Shown here in pieces: positions 18,758-29,164 of a DNA stretch of 64,000 nt. Origin of the DNA: an uncultured bacterium (GTDB taxonomy: Bacteria; Armatimonadota; Hebobacteria; Hebobacterales; Hebobacteraceae); NCBI GenBank assembly GCA_964559435.1, contig CAZLHI010000007.1, positions 13,952 to 77,951 of the forward strand. The letters run 5' to 3'. A model generated the notes under the pieces. The model was not told where the DNA came from and searched no databases. It was given only the letters and a program-made list of their open reading frames with translations. A program made the translations under genes and the position numbers. The stretch's first letter is position 1; every line of letters begins with the position of its first letter.

Positions 18758-20455
18758 ATGACCCAATCGGAGCGGCCCCCGGACACCGGAGGAGCCTGCA
18801 TCAGTCGGAGCGACAACGTGATCGTTGCCGCCCTCGCGTCTATCGGGTGCGGGGTGTGGCTGTGGTTCGCTCTGAGCACGCGGATCTCTCTTGAGGATGC
18901 CTATATCACCTTTCGCTACGCCCGGCACATCACCCAGGGCAACGGCTTCGTCTACAACGTGGGCGAGCGCGTGCTGGGCACGACGAGCCCCCTGCAAACG
19001 CTTCTCCTCGCCGGCCTTGGCATCACCTTCGGGCCGGACCGCATACCACCGGTCGCGTCAGTCGTGATGCCCATCTTCGGGATCGCCGCGGGGGTCGTCA
19101 GCTTCCTGGCCGTGAGGAGACTCGGCGGGACACGTGTCGGCGCAGCCACCGGCCTCCTTCTCTTTTACCTCCACCCGCTCGTCATGCGCACCTCATTAGG
19201 CGGGATGGAGACACCTCTGCTGCTGTTCCTCATGGCGCTGAGCCTCTACTTCCTGGCCGACCGCCGGGCCGTGCCAGCATCCGTCACGATTGCCTTCCTC
19301 GCACTGTGCCGCGTCGACGGGCTGATATGGGGCGGCCTCGTCATCGTTGTAACGCTGCTATCCGGCTACCGCAGGCCGCTCAAGCGGGCTGTTGCCTTCG
19401 GCGCCGTCGTCGCGCCGTGGGTCCTGTTCTGCTGGCTCTACTTCGGGAGCCCAGTGCCGAACAGCATGATAGCAAAGGCGGTCATCCGGCCTGGCAGAGA
19501 AGGGCTCCTGATGGACCCCGTTCACTTCAGCCGCCTGTCGCGCTTCTACCTGTCCGGCATTACCATCGAGATGGATCGTTGGGTGATGGTAATCTCAATT
19601 GCACTCCTTGTGCTCGGCGTGATCGCCGTATCTCGCGCGCGGAGGCGCGAGCTTCTGCTGCTGCCGGTCTTCCCCGTCATCTATGCCGTCGTGATGTATG
19701 TTGGGAGGGCCCCCATGTTCCAGTGGTATCTCGCGCCGATGCTACTGTGCTCCGTGTTCCTCATGGGCCTTGGAGTGGGCCAGGCAGTGCTGTGGGCAAG
19801 GATGGGAGAGAGAAGAGGAAGAATCAGAGCAGTCGTCTTGGCCTGCCTGGCAGTTGTGACGTTCCCGAGCCTCGCGGGCGAGGTGCGCACACTGCCGCGG
19901 AGAGCGCGACACACGCGGTCGTTCCAGGAGAACGAGTTCGGCCTGCGGCGAGCAGTGGGGCTCTGGCTGCGCGAGCACACGCCAAGGGACGCGTCCGTGG
20001 CCATGGAGGCCATCGGCTATCAGGGGTACTACTCCGACCGTCGCGTCATAGACACGGCCGGCCTCGTGACTCCCAGCGTGATCGAGTACAATGCGAATAG
20101 TGGGTCAAATGGGATTGTGTTCAAGCGCATTACGACGGAGCTAAGGCCGGACTACATCCTGCTGCGGTCATTTGAGGTCGAAGACAACCACCACTTCAAG
20201 GGGGGGAAGCTCTTCGAAACGCCAGCGGACAGGGATCTATTCTTCCGCCAATACCGAGAAGCGCAGCGGTTCACTGCGCCGCACCCCGAATTGGCTCCTC
20301 TGCTGGCCCGTCTAACGCTCTACGAGCGCATTCCCAGCAGTCCCACAAACCGCGCCGCTCCCGCAGCGGAGAGGAAAGCGTCCCTCGCGGCCCCCGCCGC
20401 TACTCCTCGTGATGGTGCGGCTCCCGCCAGCCGCCCGCGCCGGCCTGCGGGTTGA
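18758..20455 (+). CDS. polytopic membrane protein, GT-C fold glycosyltransferase-like (ArnT/PMT-like)
   Basis: About 11 predicted TM helices in the first ~370 aa, then a soluble C-terminal domain. Overall architecture is like GT39/GT83/DUF2029 proteins. The 3' end overlaps the convergent BON gene. Confidence 0.5.
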   Translation: MTQSERPPDTGGACISRSDNVIVAALASIGCGVWLWFALSTRISLEDAYITFRYARHITQGNGFVYNVGERVLGTTSPLQTLLLAGLGITFGPDRIPPVASVVMPIFGIAAGVVSFLAVRRLGGTRVGAATGLLLFYLHPLVMRTSLGGMETPLLLFLMALSLYFLADRRAVPASVTIAFLALCRVDGLIWGGLVIVVTLLSGYRRPLKRAVAFGAVVAPWVLFCWLYFGSPVPNSMIAKAVIRPGREGLLMDPVHFSRLSRFYLSGITIEMDRWVMVISIALLVLGVIAVSRARRRELLLLPVFPVIYAVVMYVGRAPMFQWYLAPMLLCSVFLMGLGVGQAVLWARMGERRGRIRAVVLACLAVVTFPSLAGEVRTLPRRARHTRSFQENEFGLRRAVGLWLREHTPRDASVAMEAIGYQGYYSDRRVIDTAGLVTPSVIEYNANSGSNGIVFKRITTELRPDYILLRSFEVEDNHHFKGGKLFETPADRDLFFRQYREAQRFTAPHPELAPLLARLTLYERIPSSPTNRAAPAAERKASLAAPAATPRDGAAPASRPRRPAG

Positions 20456-20663
20456 TTTGAAGGCGGTTCCGCACCATACCGACTCCCTCCACCTTCTTCG
20501 TGACCTCTTCCACAATCCCACTGAGCTCTCTCGTTTCCACCTCGCCGTCGAGGAATACAGCCGCCCCGACGGTCTTCACATGGACCGAAGACAGAGCGGC
20601 GGTCCGCTCGTCCTTTGCGAGAGCGTCCTCGACGGCGCGCGCGAGCTTCTGAGACTGCGACAT
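20400..20663 (-). CDS. BON-domain protein
   Basis: 87 aa; ...VHVKTVGAAVFLDGEVETRELSGIVEEVTKKVEGVGMVRNRLQI matches the BON domain pattern. Lies 4 nt downstream of mutS on the same strand. Confidence 0.6.
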   Translation of the reverse strand: MSQSQKLARAVEDALAKDERTAALSSVHVKTVGAAVFLDGEVETRELSGIVEEVTKKVEGVGMVRNRLQINPQAGAGGWREPHHHEE

Positions 20664-20666
20664 CTG

Positions 20667-23342
20667 TCATTCCTCCTCTTCGCTCGCCGGGGGTGTGTCC
20701 TGCTCTGACCTCCTCTGGACCCGCTGCTGGAGGTCCGCCAGCTTGTGGAGGGCGTCGAGCGGTGTGATGCGGTTGAGGTCGAGCCGCCGTATCTCTTCGG
20801 CGATCGGGTCCGGTCCGCCTGCGAACAGCGCAAGCTGGCTCGGCGAAGGCGGCTGGCGATCCTCACTGGGCGCGGGAGCGGTGTCGCCGGCCCGGCCAGG
20901 CAGGTCATCTTGCTGTTCGAGAGACCACAGGACCTGTTTCGCCCGCTCAATCACGTCTGACGGGAGGCCCGCCAGCCTCGCCACCTGTATCCCATAGCTT
21001 CGGTCAGTCCCGCCTGGCACTATCTGCCGCAGGAACACAATCTGATCTCCCCTTTCCTTCACTCCGACGCGGTAGTTCTTGACACGAGGCAGTAAGTCGG
21101 CCAACTCATTGAGATGATGATAGTGTGTGGCAAAAAGCGTCTTCGAGCCCAGACGCGGGCTATTGTGGATGTGCTCCGCGACGGCCCAGGCGAGGCTCAT
21201 GCCATCGAACGTGCTCGTGCCGCGGCCGATCTCATCCAAGATTATCAGACTCCGGTTTGTCGCGTGGCGCAGGATGTTCGCCGTCTCGGTCATCTCCACC
21301 ATGAAGGTGCTCTGGCCAGTCGCCAGGTCATCGGAGGCGCCCACGCGACTGAAGATGCGATCGACCAGGCCGATCCTCGCGGATTCGGCCGGGACAAAGC
21401 TGCCCATTTGGGCCATCAGTGTGATCAGCGCGACCTGGCGGAGGTACGTCGATTTCCCGGCCATGTTTGGGCCGGTGATTATGAGAATCTGTTGCTCGGA
21501 GCAATCGAGCCCCGCGTCATTCGGGACGAACCTCTCGTCCTGTAGCGCCAGCTCTACCACGGGATGCCGTCCGGCGCGAACCCTGATTTGATCGCCGGTG
21601 GCTATCTCGGGGCGAACATATCGATTCCTGGTCGCCACTTCGGCAAAGCTCGCCGACACATCCGCCTGGGCAACCACGTGGCTTGCGCGCTGGATGCGAG
21701 CGGCCTCGGCGGCCACCTTAGATTGCAGGTCGGCGAACAGATCTTGCTCCAGTGTTAGTATCCGCTCCTCGGCGCCGAGCACTTTGGACTCGTACTCCTT
21801 CAGCTCCGGCGTTATGAACCGCTCCGCGTTGCGCATTGTCTGGCGACGCTGATAGTGCTCTGGCACCAGGTGCAAGTTCGGTCGGGTGACCTCGATATAG
21901 TAGCCGAAGACCTGATTGAACCCGACCTTGAGGGACTTGATGCCCGTCTCCTTCCGGGCCCGCTCCTGGAGGCCGGCAATCCATTCCTTCCCCTTCGCGC
22001 GCGCCTCTCTCAGCTCATCCAGCTCAGCGGAGTACTCAGGCCGGATCACACCTCCCTCGCGGATTGTAGCGGGCGGGCTGTCCTCGATGGCGCGGCCCAG
22101 CAGCTCGCACAGGTCGGACACAGGATCGAAATCGACGACGAGCCCGGCCAGCGCCTCGCAGCCCGAGCGCGCAAGCAGCTCTGCGAGTCTCGGCAGCCGC
22201 CGCAGCGAGTCACGAAGCCCTGCCAGATCGCGTCCGGTCGCAGTCCCGGCTGCGGCCCGAGCGACCGGACGCTCCAAGTCTCGCACCTGTTTGAGTTCGT
22301 CTCGGATCTGTGCCCGGAGCACATCGTCGCCCGAAAGCGCGCCTACGGCGTCCAAGCGCTGCTCTATCCGCTCCTTGTGCAGTAGAGGAGCGGTAATCCA
22401 GCGCCGCAGGAGGCGCGCCCCCATCGACGTGACAGTGTCGTCCAGGACCCATAGCAGCGTGTGTCGCCGGGACCCGTCTCGGAGGGATGACAGCAGTTCC
22501 AGGTTGCGACGAGTCGTCGCATCCACCACCATGAACTCGCTCCGGGAATAGCTCCGCATGTCCCGGATCTGCTCGAGCCCGGACTTGTGCGTCCTCTTGA
22601 GGTACGTGAGAAGGGCGGCAGCGGCCTCGATCGCGCTCGGCATTCCCTCGCACCCAAATCCGCGAAGCGAGCTCACGCCGAAGTGCCGCCGGAGCACATC
22701 CTCTGGCGTGTCTGCGACGAAATCCTCCTGCCCCCACGTGCTTGCTGCAACGGAGTTTCCTTCGAGTAGGCGTTTGAGATCTGGATCGCTTGCGGCTCTC
22801 TCCGGAAGCAGCAGCTCGGCCGGGCTGAGGCGCGACAGTTCGTCTGTGAGTTCGTCGGCTGCGTCTGCGCCCACGAACTCGGTGACGATCATCTCGCCTG
22901 TTGAGCAGTCAGCGGCCGCAAGCCCCAGCCGCCCCTCGGCCGAGGAAACGCTGGCGAGGTAGTTGTTCGCGCGCTCCTCCAGAAGGTGGTCCTCCACGAC
23001 GGTGCCCGGCGTGAGGATACGGATCACCTCTCGTTTGACCAAGCCCTTGGACTTCTTCGCGTCCTCGACCTGCTCGCAAACGGCGGCCTTATGCCCGGCC
23101 GCGAGGAGGCGCGCCAGATAGCGGTCGGCAGCATGATAGGGGATACCGCACATAGGGATGCGCCGGCCCCTGCCAACCTCCCGCGATGTGAGCACGAGGT
23201 CGAGCACGCCCGCGGCGAGCTTGGCGTCGTCCCCGAACATCTCGTAGAAATCACCGAGGCGGAACAGCAGGATCACGTCCTGGTGCTCCCGCTTGATCGC
23301 TCGGTATTGTGCGAGCATCGGGGTCAGGTTCTCCATCATCGA
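20667..23342 (-). CDS. mutS: DNA mismatch repair protein MutS
   Basis: N-terminal TPMLAQYRAIKREH...FYEMFGDDA mismatch-binding domain; Walker A GPNMAGKSTYLRQ; DEIGRGTSTFDG. Confidence 0.9.
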   Translation of the reverse strand, partial: SMMENLTPMLAQYRAIKREHQDVILLFRLGDFYEMFGDDAKLAAGVLDLVLTSREVGRGRRIPMCGIPYHAADRYLARLLAAGHKAAVCEQVEDAKKSKGLVKREVIRILTPGTVVEDHLLEERANNYLASVSSAEGRLGLAAADCSTGEMIVTEFVGADAADELTDELSRLSPAELLLPERAASDPDLKRLLEGNSVAASTWGQEDFVADTPEDVLRRHFGVSSLRGFGCEGMPSAIEAAAALLTYLKRTHKSGLEQIRDMRSYSRSEFMVVDATTRRNLELLSSLRDGSRRHTLLWVLDDTVTSMGARLLRRWITAPLLHKERIEQRLDAVGALSGDDVLRAQIRDELKQVRDLERPVARAAAGTATGRDLAGLRDSLRRLPRLAELLARSGCEALAGLVVDFDPVSDLCELLGRAIEDSPPATIREGGVIRPEYSAELDELREARAKGKEWIAGLQERARKETGIKSLKVGFNQVFGYYIEVTRPNLHLVPEHYQRRQTMRNAERFITPELKEYESKVLGAEERILTLEQDLFADLQSKVAAEAARIQRASHVVAQADVSASFAEVATRNRYVRPEIATGDQIRVRAGRHPVVELALQDERFVPNDAGLDCSEQQILIITGPNMAGKSTYLRQVALITLMAQMGSFVPAESARIGLVDRIFSRVGASDDLATGQSTFMVEMTETANILRHATNRSLIILDEIGRGTSTFDGMSLAWAVAEHIHNSPRLGSKTLFATHYHHLNELADLLPRVKNYRVGVKERGDQIVFLRQIVPGGTDRSYGIQVARLAGLPSDVIERAKQVLWSLEQQDDLPGRAGDTAPAPSEDRQPPSPSQLALFAGGPDPIAEEIRRLDLNRITPLDALHKLADLQQRVQRRSEQDTPPASEEEE

Positions 23343-23349
23343 AGCGCTC

Positions 23350-24699
23350 TCAGATAGGCTCCTCGGAGGCATCGCTCAACACAAGGCCCGCGGGGATCTT
23401 GGGGTAGAAGTAGGTCGACTTCCCGGGCATTCGCTCTCCAGCTCGCGCCGCGGCCATCACCTCCGAAACGCGGGTCGGCCTGAGGAAGAACGCGAAATCG
23501 TAGTCCCCCCGATCCACGGCTCGCATCGCCTGCCCTGCATCAGTCGCATACGTGAGCCGCGCCCCGCGCCTCGTCGGCCCTGCGGCCTCCGAATCATGGC
23601 TGACACGTCCGTTTGAGTCTAGCGCACAGCCGATCCCGGCCAGCGTCGGATCGATCATCCGCCGATGGAGCACGCTCACGTCCAGCCTATCAACCACTCG
23701 CTCGCTCTCCGGCACCGCGTCGTTTTTGCCAACGAGCTGATAGAGATGCCCTCCACCATATGCTCCGAACGCCGGCCGCCCGGGGTCCGCACCCTCGAGC
23801 CAGGACCAATCCACCGTTTCCTCGGGGTCCACCACCGGCGTCTCTTTCACCTCGAAGTACTGCTCCATACAGCTTCGCAGCCGCTTCGCCCCTGCCTGGT
23901 CAAGCCCCCAGATGAGCCGATGCGTCGGGAAGATCCTCAACCCCTCGTCGCGACCGCTGTTCACCAGCGCCAGCGCGTGATTGAACCCCGCCTCGGCCGG
24001 GGCCTCCGGATACGTCGCCCGCATATCGTCCCGATACGTGCACGCCGTCTCGAACCGGTGATGTCCGTCCGCGATGTAGAGCGGCCCCGGGCCGATGGTC
24101 TTCGAGATCGGTCCCGTTATCTTCCCATCCCGAATGACCCACAGCCGATTCACCACGCCGTTCTCGTCCGCCGCCACCTGGTCCGGCTCACCGCCCAGCT
24201 CCTCCAGCCGCGCCAGCAGCGCCCCCTCCGAATCCTCCGACATCAGCATCAACGGACTCGTCATCGCCCGGCAGGCCCTCATCAGCAGCAGCCGGTCCGC
24301 CTTCGCCTCCGGGAGCGTCCCCTCGTGCGCCAGCACATAGTCCCGCCCGGGCTCCGGCAGACGTACCAGCCCCAACACCCCTCGCCGCTTCCAGCTTCGC
24401 GCCCCCACCGAGAATTCCTGCTCCAGCAGATACAGCGCGGGCCCCTCCTCCCGCGCCAGCACCCCCCGCTCCAGCCAACTCGCCAGCGTCGTCGTCGCCT
24501 CTCCGTGCCGGGAGTCGGCCTCGCCCCGCGCCAGCTCGATCCGCACGAAGTTGCGCTGCGAGCGCGCGTAAAGCTTCCCCTGCTCCTCATCCGAGATCAC
24601 GTCGAACGGCGGCGAAATCAGATCCGACAGGTCGTGCGACTCCGGCGTCCGATATCGGATGCCTCGAAACGGATGGAAGATGATCTCAAGGTCAGCCAT
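23350..24699 (-). CDS. DUF1015 family protein
   Basis: 449 aa; N-terminal MADLEIIFHPFRGIRY...VISDEEQ and IADGHHRFETA motif characteristic of DUF1015. Confidence 0.6.
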   Translation of the reverse strand: MADLEIIFHPFRGIRYRTPESHDLSDLISPPFDVISDEEQGKLYARSQRNFVRIELARGEADSRHGEATTTLASWLERGVLAREEGPALYLLEQEFSVGARSWKRRGVLGLVRLPEPGRDYVLAHEGTLPEAKADRLLLMRACRAMTSPLMLMSEDSEGALLARLEELGGEPDQVAADENGVVNRLWVIRDGKITGPISKTIGPGPLYIADGHHRFETACTYRDDMRATYPEAPAEAGFNHALALVNSGRDEGLRIFPTHRLIWGLDQAGAKRLRSCMEQYFEVKETPVVDPEETVDWSWLEGADPGRPAFGAYGGGHLYQLVGKNDAVPESERVVDRLDVSVLHRRMIDPTLAGIGCALDSNGRVSHDSEAAGPTRRGARLTYATDAGQAMRAVDRGDYDFAFFLRPTRVSEVMAAARAGERMPGKSTYFYPKIPAGLVLSDASEEPI

Positions 24700-25480
24700 T
24701 CGCGTCCTTTCGTGATTCCTCGAAGCACAGCCGCAGCGACCTCAGCGCCCGCGCCATGTCTTCCTTCGGATTGCTCCACTCGCCCTGCACGGCGATCCGC
24801 CCACCGTAGTCGGCCAGCAGCAGCGCGCGAGACAACTCCTGTACATGCCCGTCACTATCAAGTCCTGCCTGCAGGTCGGCCGCAGACACATGCACGTGAG
24901 CCAGCCAGGCGGCGGCGTCCGCGATGTCGAGCAGTGAATGGCCGGCTCGAGCAATCTGCCCGCAGTTGGGAAGCACTCCGATCTCGGGCATGTTGACTTT
25001 GCGTGCCAGCGCCATGGCATCGGGAACCGAGTTTACCAGATGAGGCTTGCTCGCGGGAAGCGCCTCGATGCCTACGACCAACCCCTGGCTGCGGGCCACC
25101 GCACCGCACACCCTCAGGAAATCACAGAGCTGCCCCAACGCATCCGCCACAGAGATGCCCGGGGGGACATCGCAGCACTCACCGCAGGGGAAGCCGACCA
25201 CGGCGCCCCGCACCGCGGCAATACGCCGAAAGGCCGTGTTCACATAGCGGCTCACGCGAGGCCAGTCGACGGCAGGGCCGCACACCTTGAGGTCAGCCGG
25301 CAGACGCAGCTCCCAGGTCTCGGCCCTGATCGGAGCCGATCGAAGCCGATCTGCTGCCGGACGAAAGCGTGTCTCGCCTTCTTCCGAGAGCAGCACGCTG
25401 CTCGGCAGCTCAACGAAGTCATAGCCGGCCCGAGCCCCCGCATCTATCAGCTCGAGGCCGACGCAGCATCCGAAGCGCAT
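24692..25480 (-). CDS. sugar phosphate isomerase/epimerase (xylose isomerase-like TIM barrel)
   Basis: 262 aa, TIM-barrel AP-endonuclease-2/xylose-isomerase-like pattern. Overlaps the DUF1015 start by 8 nt. Confidence 0.55.
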   Translation of the reverse strand: MRFGCCVGLELIDAGARAGYDFVELPSSVLLSEEGETRFRPAADRLRSAPIRAETWELRLPADLKVCGPAVDWPRVSRYVNTAFRRIAAVRGAVVGFPCGECCDVPPGISVADALGQLCDFLRVCGAVARSQGLVVGIEALPASKPHLVNSVPDAMALARKVNMPEIGVLPNCGQIARAGHSLLDIADAAAWLAHVHVSAADLQAGLDSDGHVQELSRALLLADYGGRIAVQGEWSNPKEDMARALRSLRLCFEESRKDANG

Positions 25481-25541
25481 ATCGGCCTACCGCGGCCTGC
25501 TCCCCAGGCATAGCAATAGCGCTGGCAGCGACAGAGCCTAC

Positions 25542-25991
25542 CTACTTCCGCGCGGCGGCCTCTGCCAACGCGCGTCCCAGTTGCTTGCAGCCCTCCAGCG
25601 CGCCCGCCGACACTCCGCCGGAAGAGCCCACCGGCTCGGCAGCCTGGTTGAGCTTGAACCATTGAAGTGCCTGACGCAGGACGCCGAGGACCTTGTCGGG
25701 GGGGCCGCCGGCGCTGGCGAAAACGGCTGCCGGCTTGCCGCTGACCTTCCCCTGGGTCGGGTAATAGGTGCGATCGAGGAAGTCCTTCAGGCCGCCTGCC
25801 ATGTAGCCGAAGTAGTCGGGCGAGCCGAGGGCCACTGCATCGCACCCCAGAAGGTCGTCGGCGCCGGCATCGAGGCCCGTCTTGACCGCGACCTCTGTGC
25901 CGGTCACGCTCCGCGCTCCCTCTGCGACCGCCTCGGCCATCTTCTTCGTGTTGCCGCCCAGAGAGTGGTAGACGATGAGCACACGCCCCAT
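25542..25991 (-). CDS. flavodoxin-like / NAD(P)H-dependent FMN reductase family protein
   Basis: MGRVLIVYHSLGGNTKKMAEAVAEGA... flavodoxin-like fold signature (SxGGNT). Confidence 0.6.
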   Translation of the reverse strand: MGRVLIVYHSLGGNTKKMAEAVAEGARSVTGTEVAVKTGLDAGADDLLGCDAVALGSPDYFGYMAGGLKDFLDRTYYPTQGKVSGKPAAVFASAGGPPDKVLGVLRQALQWFKLNQAAEPVGSSGGVSAGALEGCKQLGRALAEAAARK

Positions 25992-26023
25992 TGGTATACT
26001 CCTCTCTCATTCAGATGTACGCC

Positions 26024-28174
26024 CTAATCGAACCCAAGATCTATCTGACCGGCCGACGCCCGCCTCATTGTCTGAGCTGAAGGACGAGGGAAGATGCGAT
26101 CGAACTCCGGGCCGATTGCATTCTGCAAGCGCAGAACGAACCGGTAGAGTTTCTCCGCATAATGCCCCCGGTCCTCGTCTCCTCGGTAATCCTCCATCCG
26201 AGCCAGCGAGCCGTCGGATCTCTGATAGACAGAGATGTAATCGCCAATCGGCGTGTCGCCTGCGATCGCGGCCGATCGGCGCTTCGCAGGGCTCGAGAAG
26301 GTCTTCTCCGTCACCCTCTCGCGCCGCGCAAGCTTGTCGATGGGCAGCTCTCCTGCCAGTATGGCGGCGGCCAGCTCGCGGTAGCGGCGTCCCAGCTCTC
26401 CCAGGTCTCCCACGAGCAGAAGATCCACGGCTTCGGCCAGGAACTCTCGCCCGAAGGGCTCGTCCGCTCGGGAGCGAACGGCCGCTCCGCGCAGCAGCTT
26501 CCGGCCGTCATACCCCGCGCACACGTAGTTCTTCTGCTTGAGCGAGACCATGGCGCGGTAGCGCCCCTCGTGCTGTAAGTTAATGCCCTTCGGCAGCTTC
26601 GCGCCGATCTCCTCCACATAATCCAGCTCAGCCTCCTCGCCCCGCACACCAGTCGGAGGCTTGAAGTAGACGCCATCGGTATCGATCTCGATCACCTCGC
26701 CCCCGGTCTTCTCGATCTCCTCGGCGATCTGCTTGACCAGCGCCTGACCTCGCCTCGTGACGCGCTCGGCCGCCTCGAAATCATTGAAGAGGAAGCCGCT
26801 GCCCAGATATCCATAGAAGGAATTGATGAGGACCTTGAAGGAGGATTGAATCCCCTCCCACCGGAGGCGGTCCGGCCCTGTCGAGCCGCGTGCCCTCGCC
26901 TTCGCGTCAAGTCTTCGTTTCGTGAGCTCGGAGAGCATCGGCAGGAAGATGCCGAGCGTGTCCGACGCAGGAGCGATCCGCTCGGTCAGCATGATGCTCG
27001 GGTACAGGCTTTCGACGTCCACTTTGACGATCGGAGAGATGACGCCAACGCGGCGTACTTCGACATAGCCCCCTGGGAAAGGGCGAGGCGACTGCGGCTG
27101 CGGCAGCGCCATCTCACGACGCAGGTACTCGCGGACCAGCAAGGAGTTGATCTTCTCACCCGTCCCGGAGACAGCCACGCTCTGGTAGGGCTCGGGCACC
27201 ATTTGCGTCACGTAGAAGTCGGTCTGCGTCACGTGCTCGGCCAGCCGCCGGGTCTCCAACACATCCTGTTGCGCGTACTCCCGCACGCGGCCTGGATCGG
27301 CCGCCCACTCCCGGTCCATTTCCGTCTGATCGACCACTATCCGGTCCTTCTCGGCGAGGCCGAGCTGGGCTGACACCTCCTTCAGCCCGTAGCTCTCGAG
27401 CTCGCCGGACTGAGCATCGAAACGCTGTACGGCCAGCATCGTGTCGATGATATGACGACCGTGGACGTAAGCGGGCACGAAGGGCCTGGTCCGGCCGCCT
27501 ATGGCACAGCGGCGGCGGCGCCCGAAGCGCACGCTGGAGCCGTCCCGGCCCCAGTCCAGGGTGATGCCGTGACGCTCCCCGCGTGCCGCCAGGTAAGGGA
27601 TGTCGAAGCCGAAGATGTTGTGACCCTCGATCACGTCAGGATCGCGCCGGCGAACGGCCTTGGAGAGTTGACGCAGGATATGGGATTCCTCTCCCTCGAT
27701 TACTTCACAGCTCCCCTCGTCGGCCACCGCGGCCAGGATCACGCGGGCGTCAGCTTCCGTCGGCGACAGACCAACTGTCTCGATGTCCACCTGCATCCGG
27801 CGAAGGTCGGACAGGGCCATCCCCTTGAACAGCGTGCGTCCGCTCCGAAGAAGATACTGCCGGGCCGGATCTGTGAAGGCGAAGTGACCCACTTGCTGGT
27901 CCGCGAGCCGCCGCCGAGCGTCGAGAAAGTCAGACCACCGAGAAAACTCGGCGAGAAAGGCATGGCCCTGTCCTGCCAGCGATCTCCACTCCGCCCCGAT
28001 GAGATCGACTTGCCGCTCCGAAACCAGGCAAGGTCTGAACTCCTGCCGCTCGGCCACGACCGCATTGCCATCGCGCCGATACACGGTTACATCGTCTGCG
28101 TGGGCCTCCACGGCGACGATCCCCTGTGTGTCGTCAGCGCCGAAGATGACCTGATTGAGATACGAGTCGCTCAT
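26024..28174 (-). CDS. polB: family-B DNA polymerase (DNA polymerase II)
   Basis: Exo I motif QVDIETVGL; Pol motif A VDVESLYPSIM; motif B KVLINSFYGYLG; motif C VIEIDTDGVYF. Likely start MSDSYLNQVIF at 28174. Confidence 0.85.
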   Translation of the reverse strand: MSDSYLNQVIFGADDTQGIVAVEAHADDVTVYRRDGNAVVAERQEFRPCLVSERQVDLIGAEWRSLAGQGHAFLAEFSRWSDFLDARRRLADQQVGHFAFTDPARQYLLRSGRTLFKGMALSDLRRMQVDIETVGLSPTEADARVILAAVADEGSCEVIEGEESHILRQLSKAVRRRDPDVIEGHNIFGFDIPYLAARGERHGITLDWGRDGSSVRFGRRRRCAIGGRTRPFVPAYVHGRHIIDTMLAVQRFDAQSGELESYGLKEVSAQLGLAEKDRIVVDQTEMDREWAADPGRVREYAQQDVLETRRLAEHVTQTDFYVTQMVPEPYQSVAVSGTGEKINSLLVREYLRREMALPQPQSPRPFPGGYVEVRRVGVISPIVKVDVESLYPSIMLTERIAPASDTLGIFLPMLSELTKRRLDAKARARGSTGPDRLRWEGIQSSFKVLINSFYGYLGSGFLFNDFEAAERVTRRGQALVKQIAEEIEKTGGEVIEIDTDGVYFKPPTGVRGEEAELDYVEEIGAKLPKGINLQHEGRYRAMVSLKQKNYVCAGYDGRKLLRGAAVRSRADEPFGREFLAEAVDLLLVGDLGELGRRYRELAAAILAGELPIDKLARRERVTEKTFSSPAKRRSAAIAGDTPIGDYISVYQRSDGSLARMEDYRGDEDRGHYAEKLYRFVLRLQNAIGPEFDRIFPRPSAQTMRRASAGQIDLGFD

Positions 28175-28205
28175 GTTGGGACTCGGTAGAGGTGTGATTC
28201 CGGCC

Positions 28206-29162
28206 TCAGGCCGAGATCTCTGTCTTCGCCAGCGCCACGGCGCCGAGCAGCCCGGCCCGAGCGCCGAGTTCACTTTGCAGGACGCGAAGGCCGCCGCCTA
28301 CTTCAGGCATCACGTAGCGGTCGAAGCTGGCGCGCAGCGGCACCATCAACACCTCTCGGGACTGCGCGACGCCACCTCCCACGACGATCGCCTCCGGGTT
28401 GACCAGATTTGCCGCCCTTGCCAGCGCCAGCCCAATGTACCCGCCCGTCCGCTCCATGATCCGCCGGGCGACCGCGTCAATCGGGGCCATTTGGCAGACA
28501 TCCTCAGCGCTGAGATCAGCGCGGGGGATGTCCCGCAACACCGAATCGGCGCCACCTGCCAGAGCATCCCGCGCAGCTTTTGCGATCGCCCAGCCGGCCG
28601 CCACGGACTCCAGGCAGCCAAGTCGTCCGCAGGTGCACCGCGGTCCGTACGGGACCAAGTGCGTGTGTCCCAGCTCACCTGCCATGCTGTTCGCACCGCG
28701 GTGGACGCGTCCGTTCATCACGAGGCCCGCCCCGATGCCCGTGCTGATTGTGACATAGATCACGTGCTGGCACCCACGGGCGGCCCCGAAGAGCGTCTCT
28801 CCGAGGGCCGCCGCGTTCGCATCGTTGTCAACGACGACCGGAAGCCCCGTGCGCTCGCGAACGATCTCGCGAAGCGGGACCCCCTCCCACCCCGAGAGGT
28901 GATGACAGGTGATGACCTTCCCGGTCAAATAGTCGACCGGTCCCCCGAAGCTCACGCCAGCCGCGGCCACATGTCCTCCTGCCAAACCTGCATCTGCCAG
29001 GCTCCTCTCCGACAGATCGAATAGGGAGTCAATGACCTGCTGGGGAGTTGGGTCCCGACCAGTCGGCGCCGTCGTCTCTGCGAGGACATCTCCATCAGGA
29101 GCGACCACGCCAGCGGCCAGCTTGGTGCCGCCGATGTCGAATGCGAGGAGCGGCGCCGACAT
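28206..29162 (-). CDS. ROK family sugar kinase (glucokinase-like)
   Basis: LLAFDIGGTKLAAGVV N-terminus, ROK Zn motif CTCGRLGCLE. Start abuts the FAH stop. Confidence 0.75.
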   Translation of the reverse strand: MSAPLLAFDIGGTKLAAGVVAPDGDVLAETTAPTGRDPTPQQVIDSLFDLSERSLADAGLAGGHVAAAGVSFGGPVDYLTGKVITCHHLSGWEGVPLREIVRERTGLPVVVDNDANAAALGETLFGAARGCQHVIYVTISTGIGAGLVMNGRVHRGANSMAGELGHTHLVPYGPRCTCGRLGCLESVAAGWAIAKAARDALAGGADSVLRDIPRADLSAEDVCQMAPIDAVARRIMERTGGYIGLALARAANLVNPEAIVVGGGVAQSREVLMVPLRASFDRYVMPEVGGGLRVLQSELGARAGLLGAVALAKTEISA

Positions 29163-29164
29163 AC